Source: Candidatus Pacearchaeota archaeon (lineage in GTDB: Archaea > Nanobdellota > Nanobdellia > Pacearchaeales > GW2011-AR1). Taken from it: a DNA stretch of 34,648 nt. Below, one piece after another: positions 17,341 through 26,900 of the stretch; the stretch's first letter is position 1; each line of letters opens with the position of its first letter. The notes under the pieces were generated by a model that was given only the letters and a program-made list of their open reading frames with translations, was not told the origin of the DNA and searched no databases. The position numbers and the translations under genes are program-made. Location: the NCBI GenBank assembly GCA_038891475.1, contig JAWAEI010000001.1:1-34648 (forward strand), in the 5' to 3' direction.

Positions 17341-18450
17341 TTATCCATACAATTTCCTTCTAGCTAAATCTCTTTTTTCTTCCAAATTTTTTACAGATTC
17401 TCTAATTTTCATAATTTTTTCTTGTTTTTCTCTAATCCATTCGTTAGCTTTGTTAGCATATTTGTCAGATCGTGTCCTTGCAATTTCACTCTCAAGTTTA
17501 TCAATTTCTTCTTCTAAACGTGAGATATAATCCTGGCGCTCCATAATCCTATATTCCAACCTCTCTATACTGCTTTCTGTCCTTTCTCTCCATTCTTCGT
17601 ATTTTTTCTTTTTTTCTTCTTGTCTTTGTAACCATTCTCCTTGTCTTCTCCTTTTTTCTTCCTTAATCTCGCTAATTTTTGACAGGGCAGTATCCCACAT
17701 CGAACTTAACGTTTTATATATTTCATTTCTTTGGTCTCTATTTAAATATAGATTATGCAAAGTTCCTTGAAACTCTTTAATCTTTTTTAGTGTTTCGTAA
17801 GGATTTCCATACCGTGCCATATTAATGCAGGTACTTATATCTTCTTTTACACGAAGAAAATTAGATTCCCCTATCCCTTTTTGTTTCTGAAATATTTTCT
17901 CATTCGTTTCTTTCCAATATTCCCATAAAGTCTGCCTGTCTTTTTTATAAAGCCTAATTTCTTTCATCTTTTTCAGAGCCTCACTTTGGAGAGACTTTGC
18001 TTTATTTAAATCATCAATAGTGCTAGACCCTTCACATTGAGAATAGGCGCTTTTAATAATAAATTCAATATCATTACGAGCTCTTTCTGATTCATTACAT
18101 TCTTCATTTTGTTTTTCTTTAACACTATCACAGAGATTTTTATAACTTAGCCATAATCTTTGTCTGTCCTCTTTCAAAAGGTTGCGATTTTTAAACATAT
18201 CTGAAATTCTTTTAGCATGTTCCCAAAATTCATGATAATTATATGTTTTCTTAGGGAATAAATAACTTAGCATAGAACCCATAGAAAAAGGATTGGATGA
18301 AGAAGGATTAGTATCAATATCATAAAGATGGTTGGAACGAAGATTTTCTATTTCTCTCTCAATCTCTGAAGAATTAGATTTTACCTCTTCTTTGTTTTTT
18401 TCTCTATTCTGTTTAGCCATTTCACAAATACTACTATAAACAGACCACAA
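17341..18450 (-). CDS. Coiled-coil repeat protein of unknown function. This is the main, downstream part of a gene interrupted by a frameshift.
   Basis: 369 aa. It contains repeated modules of the type EIE-x-EIENL...(Y/H)EFW-x-H-x-K-x-I...L-x-EDR-x-RLW-x-x-Y (for example HEFWEHAKRISDMFKNRNLLKEDRQRLWLSYKNLC and LYKKDRQTLWEYWKETN), followed by a long charged coiled-coil tail. The annotated start is a TTG. Confidence 0.6.
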   Translation of the reverse strand: MWSVYSSICEMAKQNREKNKEEVKSNSSEIEREIENLRSNHLYDIDTNPSSSNPFSMGSMLSYLFPKKTYNYHEFWEHAKRISDMFKNRNLLKEDRQRLWLSYKNLCDSVKEKQNEECNESERARNDIEFIIKSAYSQCEGSSTIDDLNKAKSLQSEALKKMKEIRLYKKDRQTLWEYWKETNEKIFQKQKGIGESNFLRVKEDISTCINMARYGNPYETLKKIKEFQGTLHNLYLNRDQRNEIYKTLSSMWDTALSKISEIKEEKRRRQGEWLQRQEEKKKKYEEWRERTESSIERLEYRIMERQDYISRLEEEIDKLESEIARTRSDKYANKANEWIREKQEKIMKIRESVKNLEEKRDLARRKLYG

Positions 18451-18467
18451 TCTTCCCCGGTCTTCAT

Positions 18468-18611
18468 TTAAAATTGGTTTAAGTGTTTTAAAAGCCTTAG
18501 TATTTTTTTAGTATGACTCCAAAACTCTTTATACTGTTTTTTTGAATAAAATTCTTTTAGATTTTCTATTTCCTTTTCAATTTTAGAAGCATTTAATTTT
18601 GCCTCTTCCAT
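18468..18611 (-). CDS. Out-of-frame N-terminal fragment of the same coiled-coil repeat gene
   Basis: MEEAKLNASKIEKEIENLKEFYSKKQYKEFWSHTKK... is a further copy of the repeat module. After a 1-nt shift in the A7 run (plus-strand T7 at 18503-18509) it reads on as ...NTKAFKTLKPILNEDRGRLWSVYSSICEMAKQ, directly into ORF 17341-18450. Confidence 0.6.
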   Translation of the reverse strand: MEEAKLNASKIEKEIENLKEFYSKKQYKEFWSHTKKILRLLKHLNQF

Positions 18612-18829
18612 GACTATATTTAAATAAAAAATATAAAAATATTTAAATTTACCTCTCAAAAATTTGATCCTGTCTTATCTTTAGTATTATTTCTTTTATT
18701 ATATTTCTATATCTTTATTTTCCATCTTTACCAGAGAACCTTTTTAGAAATTTATTAATTTATTAATTGCTGTAGTAATTTTTTATAAATTTATTTAAAA
18801 AATAAATCTCATATTTTAAAGAAATATTG

Positions 18830-19816
18830 TTATTGCATATCCGCAAACTTTCTTTTTTTCAAATACTCATAAGCAGAATAAGCTGCCACGCAACCCTCGG
18901 CTACTCCTGTAATTAATTGTTTGAAGGGTTTGTCTGTAACGTCTCCTGCAGCATAAACTCCTTTAACATTTGTTTCAGACGTTTTGTGGTTTATCACTAT
19001 TTCACCTTTTTCATTTATTTCTACACCTAATTTTTTAGCCAAATTAGACAAAGCTTCATGTCCAATCGCAACAAAAACTCCCTGAACCTCTAATTCCCTT
19101 CTTCCTTGGTCCCCTATTTCTATAATAATTTTCTCAACTTTTTCATTTCCACATATTTCTACAAGATTGGCGTTATTTATAATCTCTATATTTTTTTTAT
19201 TTTTTATTCTCTCAAAATTTATTGGCTCTGGATGAATTCTCTTTCCCCTATAGATTATATAAACTTTTTTGGCATACTCTGATAAAAGTAAAGCATCCTT
19301 TGCTGCAGAATCACTTCCACCGATGACAGCAACATTCATATCCTTATATAAAGGACCATCGCATAATGCACAATAACTTATTCCTTTATTCTCAAACTCC
19401 CTAGAACCCTTTATATCTTTTGAAAGTTTCTTCCACTTCGTACCGGTAGCAAAGACTATGGTCTTTCCATAATACAGGTTACCCTCTTCAGTTCTAACAA
19501 CAAAATCGTTCTTTCTCTTTTTTATTTGTATCGCTTTTTCAGATAGTATTTTCACTAAGTCATAACTTCTTGCGTGCTCTTCAATTTTTTTTGCTAATTC
19601 GTAACCAGATATTTTTATGAAACCGGGATAATTTTCTACAACATGTGTTGTTGTGATTACCCCCCCTATTGGATGTTCTGTTCCATGTGATTTTCCAAGA
19701 ACAAGAGTTTTCAAACCTAAACGTGCCGCATACATCGCTGCAGCAAGTCCGGCCCCACCTGCACCTATTATTATTATATCATATTCACTTTCCTTTTTTT
19801 TTGTTCCTTGTCTCAT
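18830..19816 (-). CDS. trxB: Thioredoxin reductase (pyridine nucleotide-disulfide oxidoreductase)
   Basis: 328 aa with FAD motif IIIIGAGGAGLAAAMYAAR, redox-active CALCDG, NAD(P) motif VIGGSDSAAKDA and C-terminal GDV...Q. Confidence 0.9.
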   Translation of the reverse strand: MRQGTKKKESEYDIIIIGAGGAGLAAAMYAARLGLKTLVLGKSHGTEHPIGGVITTTHVVENYPGFIKISGYELAKKIEEHARSYDLVKILSEKAIQIKKRKNDFVVRTEEGNLYYGKTIVFATGTKWKKLSKDIKGSREFENKGISYCALCDGPLYKDMNVAVIGGSDSAAKDALLLSEYAKKVYIIYRGKRIHPEPINFERIKNKKNIEIINNANLVEICGNEKVEKIIIEIGDQGRRELEVQGVFVAIGHEALSNLAKKLGVEINEKGEIVINHKTSETNVKGVYAAGDVTDKPFKQLITGVAEGCVAAYSAYEYLKKRKFADMQ

Positions 19817-19855
19817 TTAGAATATACCAAAATAGGTTTTTTATTTTTTATGTTG

Positions 19856-20386
19856 CTAAACTCTTATGAATTTATTTAATAAGTATCCTATACAAAACGC
19901 TAATAATGCGGCTATACTTCCTATAAGGAAAGTTTGTATTGAAGACTTGTATTTATGTTTCTCTGTAACAACTCCTTTAAACCAACCAACAATTAACAGG
20001 GCAATGCTTGTGAAAACGAAGGATAGCTTAAACTGATTTCTTACAAAAAATGGATCTTTTGTTATCGAAGCTATTAAAAATGAAAGAAGGGGGATTAAAC
20101 CTGAGATAAAGAACGCTATAAAGGTCACTATCGCAGATTTCGTCGCATTTTTTTCATATTTTTTTGAAATCTCATTCTTTGATTTTGTGGAAAAAAAATT
20201 CGAAATAGCCATAGAAAACCCGTCAGCGAACATATTAGCAAAACCTAAAATTAAGATTATTGAAGAATTTAAAGAGGCCCCACTTACTCCTGAAACAACT
20301 GCAAAGGTTGTTATAGCACCATCCATACTACCATAAACAATTTCAGGCAAGTATTTTCTCTCTATTTTTTTTATATTTTCACTCAT
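19856..20386 (-). CDS. VIT1/CCC1-family iron/manganese transporter
   Basis: 176 aa. It has EIVYGSMDGAITTFAVVSGVSGA plus further transmembrane helices, which is typical of the short prokaryotic VIT family. Confidence 0.75.
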   Translation of the reverse strand: MSENIKKIERKYLPEIVYGSMDGAITTFAVVSGVSGASLNSSIILILGFANMFADGFSMAISNFFSTKSKNEISKKYEKNATKSAIVTFIAFFISGLIPLLSFLIASITKDPFFVRNQFKLSFVFTSIALLIVGWFKGVVTEKHKYKSSIQTFLIGSIAALLAFCIGYLLNKFIRV

Positions 20387-20434
20387 CTTCTATATGCCCC
20401 AAAGACCAAACACTATTTAAAATAAAATATATTT

Positions 20435-21184
20435 TTAATAATATTGCCTTATCTTTTTAATACCTTCAGAGATAATTTTACTTACTCTCTCTTTCGTTAT
20501 TCCATATCTTTCACCTATTTCTTTCAGAGATAATTTTGAATCATCTAAACGAGACTGCAAATATAATTTTATAATTTCTTTGTTTTCCTCTTTTATTTTT
20601 AAGAGATTAATTATTCTGAATATATCTTCCTTTAAAAATTTTAAATCTGGAGATATATAGTGGTCACTAGATAACATCTCTAAGAATTTAAGTTTACGTT
20701 GATGCCGGGTTGTTATATCCTCCTCCAAACTGATTTCTACAGTTCCCTCACCATTATTTTTATAAAACACACTTTCTGGAATCCTAACGTTTCTCGAATT
20801 TTCTGCAATATACTTAAGAATTCTATTTCTAATCCACCAAGATGCATAATTCACAAACCGGACATTATAAGAGGAATCAAATCTCTCTATAGAAGTTATC
20901 AGCCCCATTACCCCTTCTGAAAAAAGATCATTAAATTCTATAGTAGGGTTCTTATTAGAAGTCTTATAGAACCCATAGGCGATTTTAAATACATATCTAA
21001 GATTTTTAAGAATGAGTTGATTAAAAGCTTTGTGGTAATTTTCTTCTTCCTCGTCTGTTTTGTTTTCTTTCAGTTTATACTCTAAGAGTATTTCAATGGC
21101 GCGCTTCTCTTCTTCAGGCTTTAGGGGAGAGTATTCTTTAAATATTCTTTCCAAAGTGCCGTTAGTTAAATTAAATTTCTTCAT
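20435..21184 (-). CDS. Bacterial-type sigma-70 family protein (regions 1.2/2.1-2.4 and 4.2 recognisable, region 3 reduced)
   Basis: - Region 2: NQLILKNLRYVFKIAYGFYK...FNDLFSEGVMGLITSIERFDSSYNVRFVNYASWWIRNRILKYIAENSRNVRIP.
- Region 4.2 helix-turn-helix: LSLKEIGERYGITKERVSKIISEGIKKIRQ.
The start is placed at the ATG at 21184 (MKKFNLTNG), which overlaps the thermosome stop by 14 nt. An alternative ATG at 21244 would add a 20-aa K-rich extension. Confidence 0.8.
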   Translation of the reverse strand: MKKFNLTNGTLERIFKEYSPLKPEEEKRAIEILLEYKLKENKTDEEEENYHKAFNQLILKNLRYVFKIAYGFYKTSNKNPTIEFNDLFSEGVMGLITSIERFDSSYNVRFVNYASWWIRNRILKYIAENSRNVRIPESVFYKNNGEGTVEISLEEDITTRHQRKLKFLEMLSSDHYISPDLKFLKEDIFRIINLLKIKEENKEIIKLYLQSRLDDSKLSLKEIGERYGITKERVSKIISEGIKKIRQYY

Positions 21185-22778
21185 CTCTATCTTTTTCGTT
21201 TTTCTTTTCTGTTTTCTCTTTTCCTTTAGCAAGAATAATATCATCTATTCTCAATATCATTATCGCCACTTCAGTAGCAGAGCTTATAGCTTGTGTTTTT
21301 ATTTTTAGAGGTTCAATTATTTTTGATTCAAAAACGTTTTCAATTTTATTAGTTAGAAGGTTCAGTCCGGCATTTCTCTCTCCCGAATCATGCCTAGATT
21401 TTAGTTCAGTTAAAATATCTATAGGATCTAAACCAGCGTTCTCAGCAAGAGTTGCTGGTATAAATTCAAGTGCAGATGCAAATTCCTCAACTGCTAATTG
21501 TTCTCTTCCTGTTAATAACTGCGAGAACTCTCTCAAGCGTTTAGAAACTTCTATTTCTACAGCCCCACCTCCTGGAACAACTAATCCGGACTCAACAACA
21601 CAAGCAACATCACCTAATCCATCTCTTATAGCTCTTTTAACTTCTTCTAATACATGATCACTTCCTCCATATACTAATATGGTAACAGCCTTGGGGTTGT
21701 GACAACCTCTTATATATGTAAAAACATTTTCTCCATTTTTAACCTCTTCAACCACTTCTGCTTTTCCGAGTTCAAACATTGTAAGTTCATTTAGATTACT
21801 TATGATCCTCCCTCCAGTTGCTTTTGAAATTTTTTCTAAATCACTTCTGCTTACCCTTCTACAAACATAAATCTTTTCTTTAGAGAGTAAGTACTGAGCA
21901 AAATCATCTACACCTTTTTGACAAAATAGAACATTTGCCCCGGATTTTTTTATTTTTTCAACCATTCCCTTTATAATCTCTTCTTCTTCAGATATGAAGT
22001 TTTGAAGCTGTTCTGGAGTGGTCACTGAAATCCTTGTTTCTATCTCTGGATTTTTTATTTCTATAGGAAAATCTATAAGAGCTATTCTCGCATCTCTTAT
22101 TCGGGTTGGCATGTCATGAGATACTTTTTCTTTTTCTATAACAATTCCTTTTACCAGTTCAGTATTTTCTATTCCATCCTTTTTTACCCCGATTATTTTT
22201 ATATTCTCTAAATCAACTTTTCCACTTTCTGTTATTTGTTTTATTGCCTCAACAATCACCTTAGAGAGTTTCTCTTTTGCCTCCTCAGCACTTTTCCCAG
22301 TCATAGCTGTCATAGCAATTTTTTTTAAAATTTCTTCATCTTCTGGGGTTACTCTCAAAGAGATTTCTTTTAATATATCTTTAGATCTCTCTGCAGCAAT
22401 ACTATACCCTTTTGCTATAACTGTTGGATGAATTTTTTGGTCTAATAGCTTCTCGGCATTTTCAAGAAGTTTACCAGCCAGCATAACTGCAGTAGTTGTT
22501 CCGTCTCCAACTTCACTTTCTTGAGCTTTTGCTATCTCAACCATCATCTTGGCAGCCGGGTGCTCTATTTCCATTTCCTCTAGAATTGTAACTCCATCAT
22601 TAGTTATGGTAATATCGTTAGTCGGAGAAACGAGCATTTTGTCCATACCTTTTGGACCTAGTGTTGTTTTGATTATATCTGCAATCATTCTTGCGGCAAG
22701 GATATTACTTCTTTGGGCATCTCTTCCGAGGATCCTTTGCACGTCTCCAGGCATAATGTCAACCGGTTTATCTACCAT
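21171..22778 (-). CDS. ths: Thermosome subunit (group II chaperonin)
   Basis: 535 aa with [32 protein letters not shown] and an apical-domain helical protrusion region. A tttaaata box lies about 25 nt upstream of the ATG. Confidence 0.96.
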   Translation of the reverse strand: MVDKPVDIMPGDVQRILGRDAQRSNILAARMIADIIKTTLGPKGMDKMLVSPTNDITITNDGVTILEEMEIEHPAAKMMVEIAKAQESEVGDGTTTAVMLAGKLLENAEKLLDQKIHPTVIAKGYSIAAERSKDILKEISLRVTPEDEEILKKIAMTAMTGKSAEEAKEKLSKVIVEAIKQITESGKVDLENIKIIGVKKDGIENTELVKGIVIEKEKVSHDMPTRIRDARIALIDFPIEIKNPEIETRISVTTPEQLQNFISEEEEIIKGMVEKIKKSGANVLFCQKGVDDFAQYLLSKEKIYVCRRVSRSDLEKISKATGGRIISNLNELTMFELGKAEVVEEVKNGENVFTYIRGCHNPKAVTILVYGGSDHVLEEVKRAIRDGLGDVACVVESGLVVPGGGAVEIEVSKRLREFSQLLTGREQLAVEEFASALEFIPATLAENAGLDPIDILTELKSRHDSGERNAGLNLLTNKIENVFESKIIEPLKIKTQAISSATEVAIMILRIDDIILAKGKEKTEKKNEKDRDEEI

Positions 22779-22890
22779 ATAATCTCTCTTTCTTCAAAAT
22801 ATTTAAACATTGTCATGTTAAAAAGAGGGAAAAGGTTTAGGGGCTTTAGATATACTAAAAATTTATAAGTTTCAGATGTCTTTAGTTTGA

Positions 22891-23448
22891 ATGAGAACTT
22901 TGATGGCCTCTGATATTATGAATCCCTATCCTATTACAGTTAGACCAGATGACAATCTTTTTGAGTGTGCAAAAAAAATTGTAAAGAAACATGTTGACGT
23001 TCTTATAATAGCTGAGAAGGATGAGTTTAAAGGTTTTATAACCCAAAAAGATATTCTGTGGGCTGTCATAAAAAAAGTTAATCTTCTAAAAACCAAAGCT
23101 AAGGACGTTTCCCCGAAAAAAGTTGTGACCATAAAACCGTCTGAAACAATCGAGGGAATAATAAAGAAAATGGATAAATTCAAATTCTACAAACTTCCTG
23201 TTGTTCAAGAAGGTAAGGTAAAAGGAATAATAAATATGAAAGATATTATAAAATTGCATCCGGACATATTATTCAACTTACAAGAAATAAAGAGTAGAAG
23301 AGATGAAGTAAAAAATATAAAAAGAGGTAAATTTGGAGAGAAGAAAGTTGAGGTCTACAATGGTATCTGTGATGGTTGTGGGGAGAGGAGGAATTTATAT
23401 AGAGAAAATGGATCTCTATTGTGCTCTTCATGTATAGAGTCTATTTAG
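22891..23448 (+). CDS. CBS-domain pair protein with a C-terminal CxxC...CxxC zinc ribbon
   Basis: 185 aa with two CBS repeats (IMNPYPITVRPDD..., VVTIKPSETI...LPVVQEGKVKGIINMKDI) and CDGCGERRNLYRENGSLLCSSC. A tttataag box at 22861-22868 is centred about 26 nt upstream of the ATG, which fits a leaderless transcript. Confidence 0.75.
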   Translation: MRTLMASDIMNPYPITVRPDDNLFECAKKIVKKHVDVLIIAEKDEFKGFITQKDILWAVIKKVNLLKTKAKDVSPKKVVTIKPSETIEGIIKKMDKFKFYKLPVVQEGKVKGIINMKDIIKLHPDILFNLQEIKSRRDEVKNIKRGKFGEKKVEVYNGICDGCGERRNLYRENGSLLCSSCIESI

Positions 23449-23497
23449 TATGCTCTTCTACTATTAGTTATTTAGTATGCTCTTCTACTATTAGTTT
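23444..23497. repeat. Perfect 27-bp tandem duplication (atttagtatgctcttctactattagtt x2) spanning the CBS gene stop codon
   Basis: Copy 1 at 23444-23470 and copy 2 at 23471-23497 are identical on direct reading. Confidence 0.9.
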
Positions 23498-23650
23498 ATT
23501 CTTTCTATAAACTAAAAAAGGGATTACCAAAACCTTTATAAACCAAATTCTGATATCTTTTATTATTAATAAGTCATTAAAAAGTGTTTATTGAGAAGTG
23601 TCATAATTTTATCATCACTATCTCTAACGACGAATACCTGCGTAAATAAA

Positions 23651-23896
23651 ATGCATATTTTGCAACCTAAACATATAAAACTCAGCGAAAAAGAGGCTGA
23701 AGAAGTATTGAAAAAATTTAATGTTTCTAAGGCCCAACTCCCAAAGATTCTTTTAAATGACCCTGCTCTCCCAGAAGGGTGTAAAGTAGGAGATATAATA
23801 AAAATAGAAAGAAAAGAACAGGTAGAATCTGAATCTGAAAAATCTCAATCAATTAAGGACTACAAAATATGTTTGTACTATCGTGTTGTAGTTTGA
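23651..23896 (+). CDS. rpoH: DNA-directed RNA polymerase subunit H (Rpo5)
   Basis: MHILQPKHIKLSEKEAEEVLKKFNVSKAQLPKILLNDPALPEGCKVGDIIKIERK...YYRVVV matches archaeal RpoH. The ATG at 23651 is preferred over the TTG at 23591, whose extension is a low-complexity S/L tract. Confidence 0.85.
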   Translation: MHILQPKHIKLSEKEAEEVLKKFNVSKAQLPKILLNDPALPEGCKVGDIIKIERKEQVESESEKSQSIKDYKICLYYRVVV

Positions 23897-23905
23897 TCAA
23901 AGGGG

Positions 23906-26900
23906 ATGTTGATGATGATAAACAAAAATCAACACATATTGATAAAGAGATATTTAGATGAGTACTCTCTTGTAGAATCTAATATAATTTCTTTTAACAA
24001 TTTTATTGAAAAGAGAATGCAAGAAATAGTTCAAGAGATTTCTGACACAATAGAAAATGACGACTTCGAAATAAAACTAGGGAAAGTTGAGGTGGGGAAG
24101 CCTAAGGTAATAGAAGCTGATGGTAGTTCTTCTTTACTCACCCCTACAGAAGCAAAAATGAGAAATCTTACATATGCCGCGCCCGTAACTTTAGAGATCA
24201 GTGTAAAAAAAGAAGATCAATCAGAATCAGAAGTTGTGGAGATAGGAAAAATTCCCATAATGGTTAGGAGTAAGTACTGTAACACGTATGGCATGACAAA
24301 AGAGGAACTTATTAATCATTATTTTGATCCTCTTGATCCTGGAGGTTATTTCATAATAAAAGGTAATGAGAGGATAATGGTTATGGCGGAGGATCTAGCA
24401 GAAAATCAACCCTTTATAGAACCAGATCAGAGCAGAGGGGTTCGATTAAAATTATTTTCTTCTCGAGGTACTTATAGAATTCCAATAGTAATAACAGAAA
24501 ATAAAGAGGGTATCTTTGAGATTTCGTTTAGCAAATTCAAGAACGTACCTTTAATAGTTGTTTTAAAATCCCTTGGAATGACAAAAGAATCTGAAATTCA
24601 AAAATATATAGGTAAAGTAACCGATTCTGTTATAGTAAATCTCTATGAGTTTATTCAGATTGCAACGAAAGAAGATGCATTACTACAAATAGCAGAAAAG
24701 TCGAGTATGCAGGGTACTAAAAAAGAGATTATAAACAAAGTCAAGCAAAGAATAGATTTTTATTTACTTCCACATATTGGCCAGAAAAGAGAGGACAGAA
24801 TAAAGAAGGCTATAACTTTATGCAAACTATTAAAACAATTTTTAATATCTAAGGAAAATCCAAGCGTACAAACTGAGAAAGATCACTATGCAAACAAGAG
24901 GGTTAGACTTTCTGGAGATCTCTTAGCTACGCTATTTAGGGTTAATCTGGGTATTCTTATTAGAGATATACAGTACTCCCTCCAAAAATTATCAAAGAAG
25001 AAAAGAAATATCTCACTCAAAGTTATTGCAAAATCAACCCTTTTCTCAAATAGGATAGAATCTGCAATAGCTACAGGTAACTGGGTCGGTGAAAGAACAG
25101 GAATAACTCAGAACATGGATAAAACAAACTATCTAGCCATAATCTCCCAACTCCAAAGAGTATCAAGCATGCTCCAGAGTGAGCAAGAGAACTTCCCTGC
25201 AAGAACTTTACACCCAACTCAGTATGGAAGATTTTGCCCCATAGAAACTCCTGAAGGAACCGAAATCGGTTTAAGAAAGAACCTCTCAATCTTAGCACAA
25301 GTCTCTACTAGAATTGATTTAGATAAAGAAAATTTATTTAAGATAATGGAAGAGATTGGAATGTCAAGAGAAGAAAATAATGGAGCGGATATTTTCTTAG
25401 ATGGAATTTATATCGGAAATGTTCATGATCCAAAGAATTTTGTGAAAAGGTTTAAAGAAAGGCGTAGAAAGGGAGAGTTACCAATTCAAGCGAATATAAG
25501 ATATCACGAAGATCTTAATATGATTTCTATTTCAACTGAACCAGGAAGAGTGTTGCGGCCTTTAATAATCGTTGAGAACGGGGTTTCTAAATTAAAAAAA
25601 GAGCATCTTCTAAAGATGGAACAAAAAGAAATGGGTTGGAGGGATTTGATAAAAGAGGGAATTATAGAGTATCTTGATGCTTCTGAAGAGGAAGATGCTC
25701 TTGTAGCTCTTTCTGAAGAGGATATAACTCAAGAACACACACATCTTGAAATAGACCCTTGTGATTTATTTGGAGTTGTAACTGCCCTTGTTCCTTACGG
25801 AAATCATGACCAAAGTTCCAGATTAAATAGGGGAAGTAAGACTCAAAAGCAATCTCTTGGCCTATATGCAGCTAACTACTTAGCAAGAATTGATAGTGAT
25901 GTCTCTATATTACAATACCCTCAAAAACCTATTGTTAGAAGTTTTATTTATGACTTTCTTAATCTTTATCCAGCAGGTCAGAACCTTGTTGTAGCTGTAA
26001 TGACATACGAAGGTTATAATATGGAAGACGCCCTTGTTCTTAACAAAGGGAGTGTTGAGAGAGGGATGGGGAGAAGTTTTTATTACAGACCGTACACTAC
26101 TTTAGAAATGAATTATGCTGGAGGTTGGAAAGATGAAATTACAATACCTGGAAAAGATGTTTCTGGATACAGAACTGAAGCTAGTTATAAAAATCTTGAT
26201 GCGGATGGAATAGTAAGTCCTGAAACAGAGTTAGAAGAAGGAGAAGTTATTATTGGAAAGGTTAGTCCTCCAAAATTCTTATCAGAAGCTAAAGAGATTT
26301 CTATAAAGAGTAAAAAGGATTCGAGTGTCGCAGTAAAGCAGGAAGAAAGGGGAATTGTTGATATGGTTGTAATCAGCGAGGATGATGAGGGAAACAAAGT
26401 TGTGAAAGTTAAATTAAGAGATATGAGAATTCCTGAAATAGGTGATAAATTTGCTACATCACATGGTCAGAAAGGTGTTATTGGTTGGATTGCAGATGAA
26501 AATGATATTCCCTTCACTGCAAGTGGTATAAAACCAGATATAATTTTCAATCCTCACGGTCTACCTAGCAGAATGACTGTAGGTTATCTTCTTGAAGTGA
26601 TGGCTGGAAAAGTTGGTGCAGAAAGTGGAGAAATTATAGATGGAACATCTTTTGTTGGACTTGGAATAAAAGAGTTGGAAAATAAACTTGAAGAGTTAGG
26701 GTTTAGATATGATGGAAAGGAAACTATGTATAATGGCATTACAGGTAAAAAGATGAAAGTAAAAATTTTCATAGGAGATATATACTACATGAAATTGAAG
26801 TATATGGTAGCAAACAAAATACACGGAAGAGCCTCAGGAAAGATTGCTTTATTAACGAGACAACCAATAGAGGGGCGTGCAAGAGGTGGTGCACTAAGGC

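Noticed and set aside
21185-21244. A 20-aa N-terminal extension of the sigma-like ORF ([20 protein letters not shown])
   Set aside because: It lies entirely inside the thermosome coding sequence and looks like an out-of-frame reading of its K/E-rich tail. The second ATG (MKKFNL...) is the more plausible start, though this is not proven.
23591-23650. A TTG-initiated 20-aa extension of rpoH
   Set aside because: The S/L-rich extension has no counterpart in RpoH proteins. The ATG at 23651 gives the canonical N-terminus.
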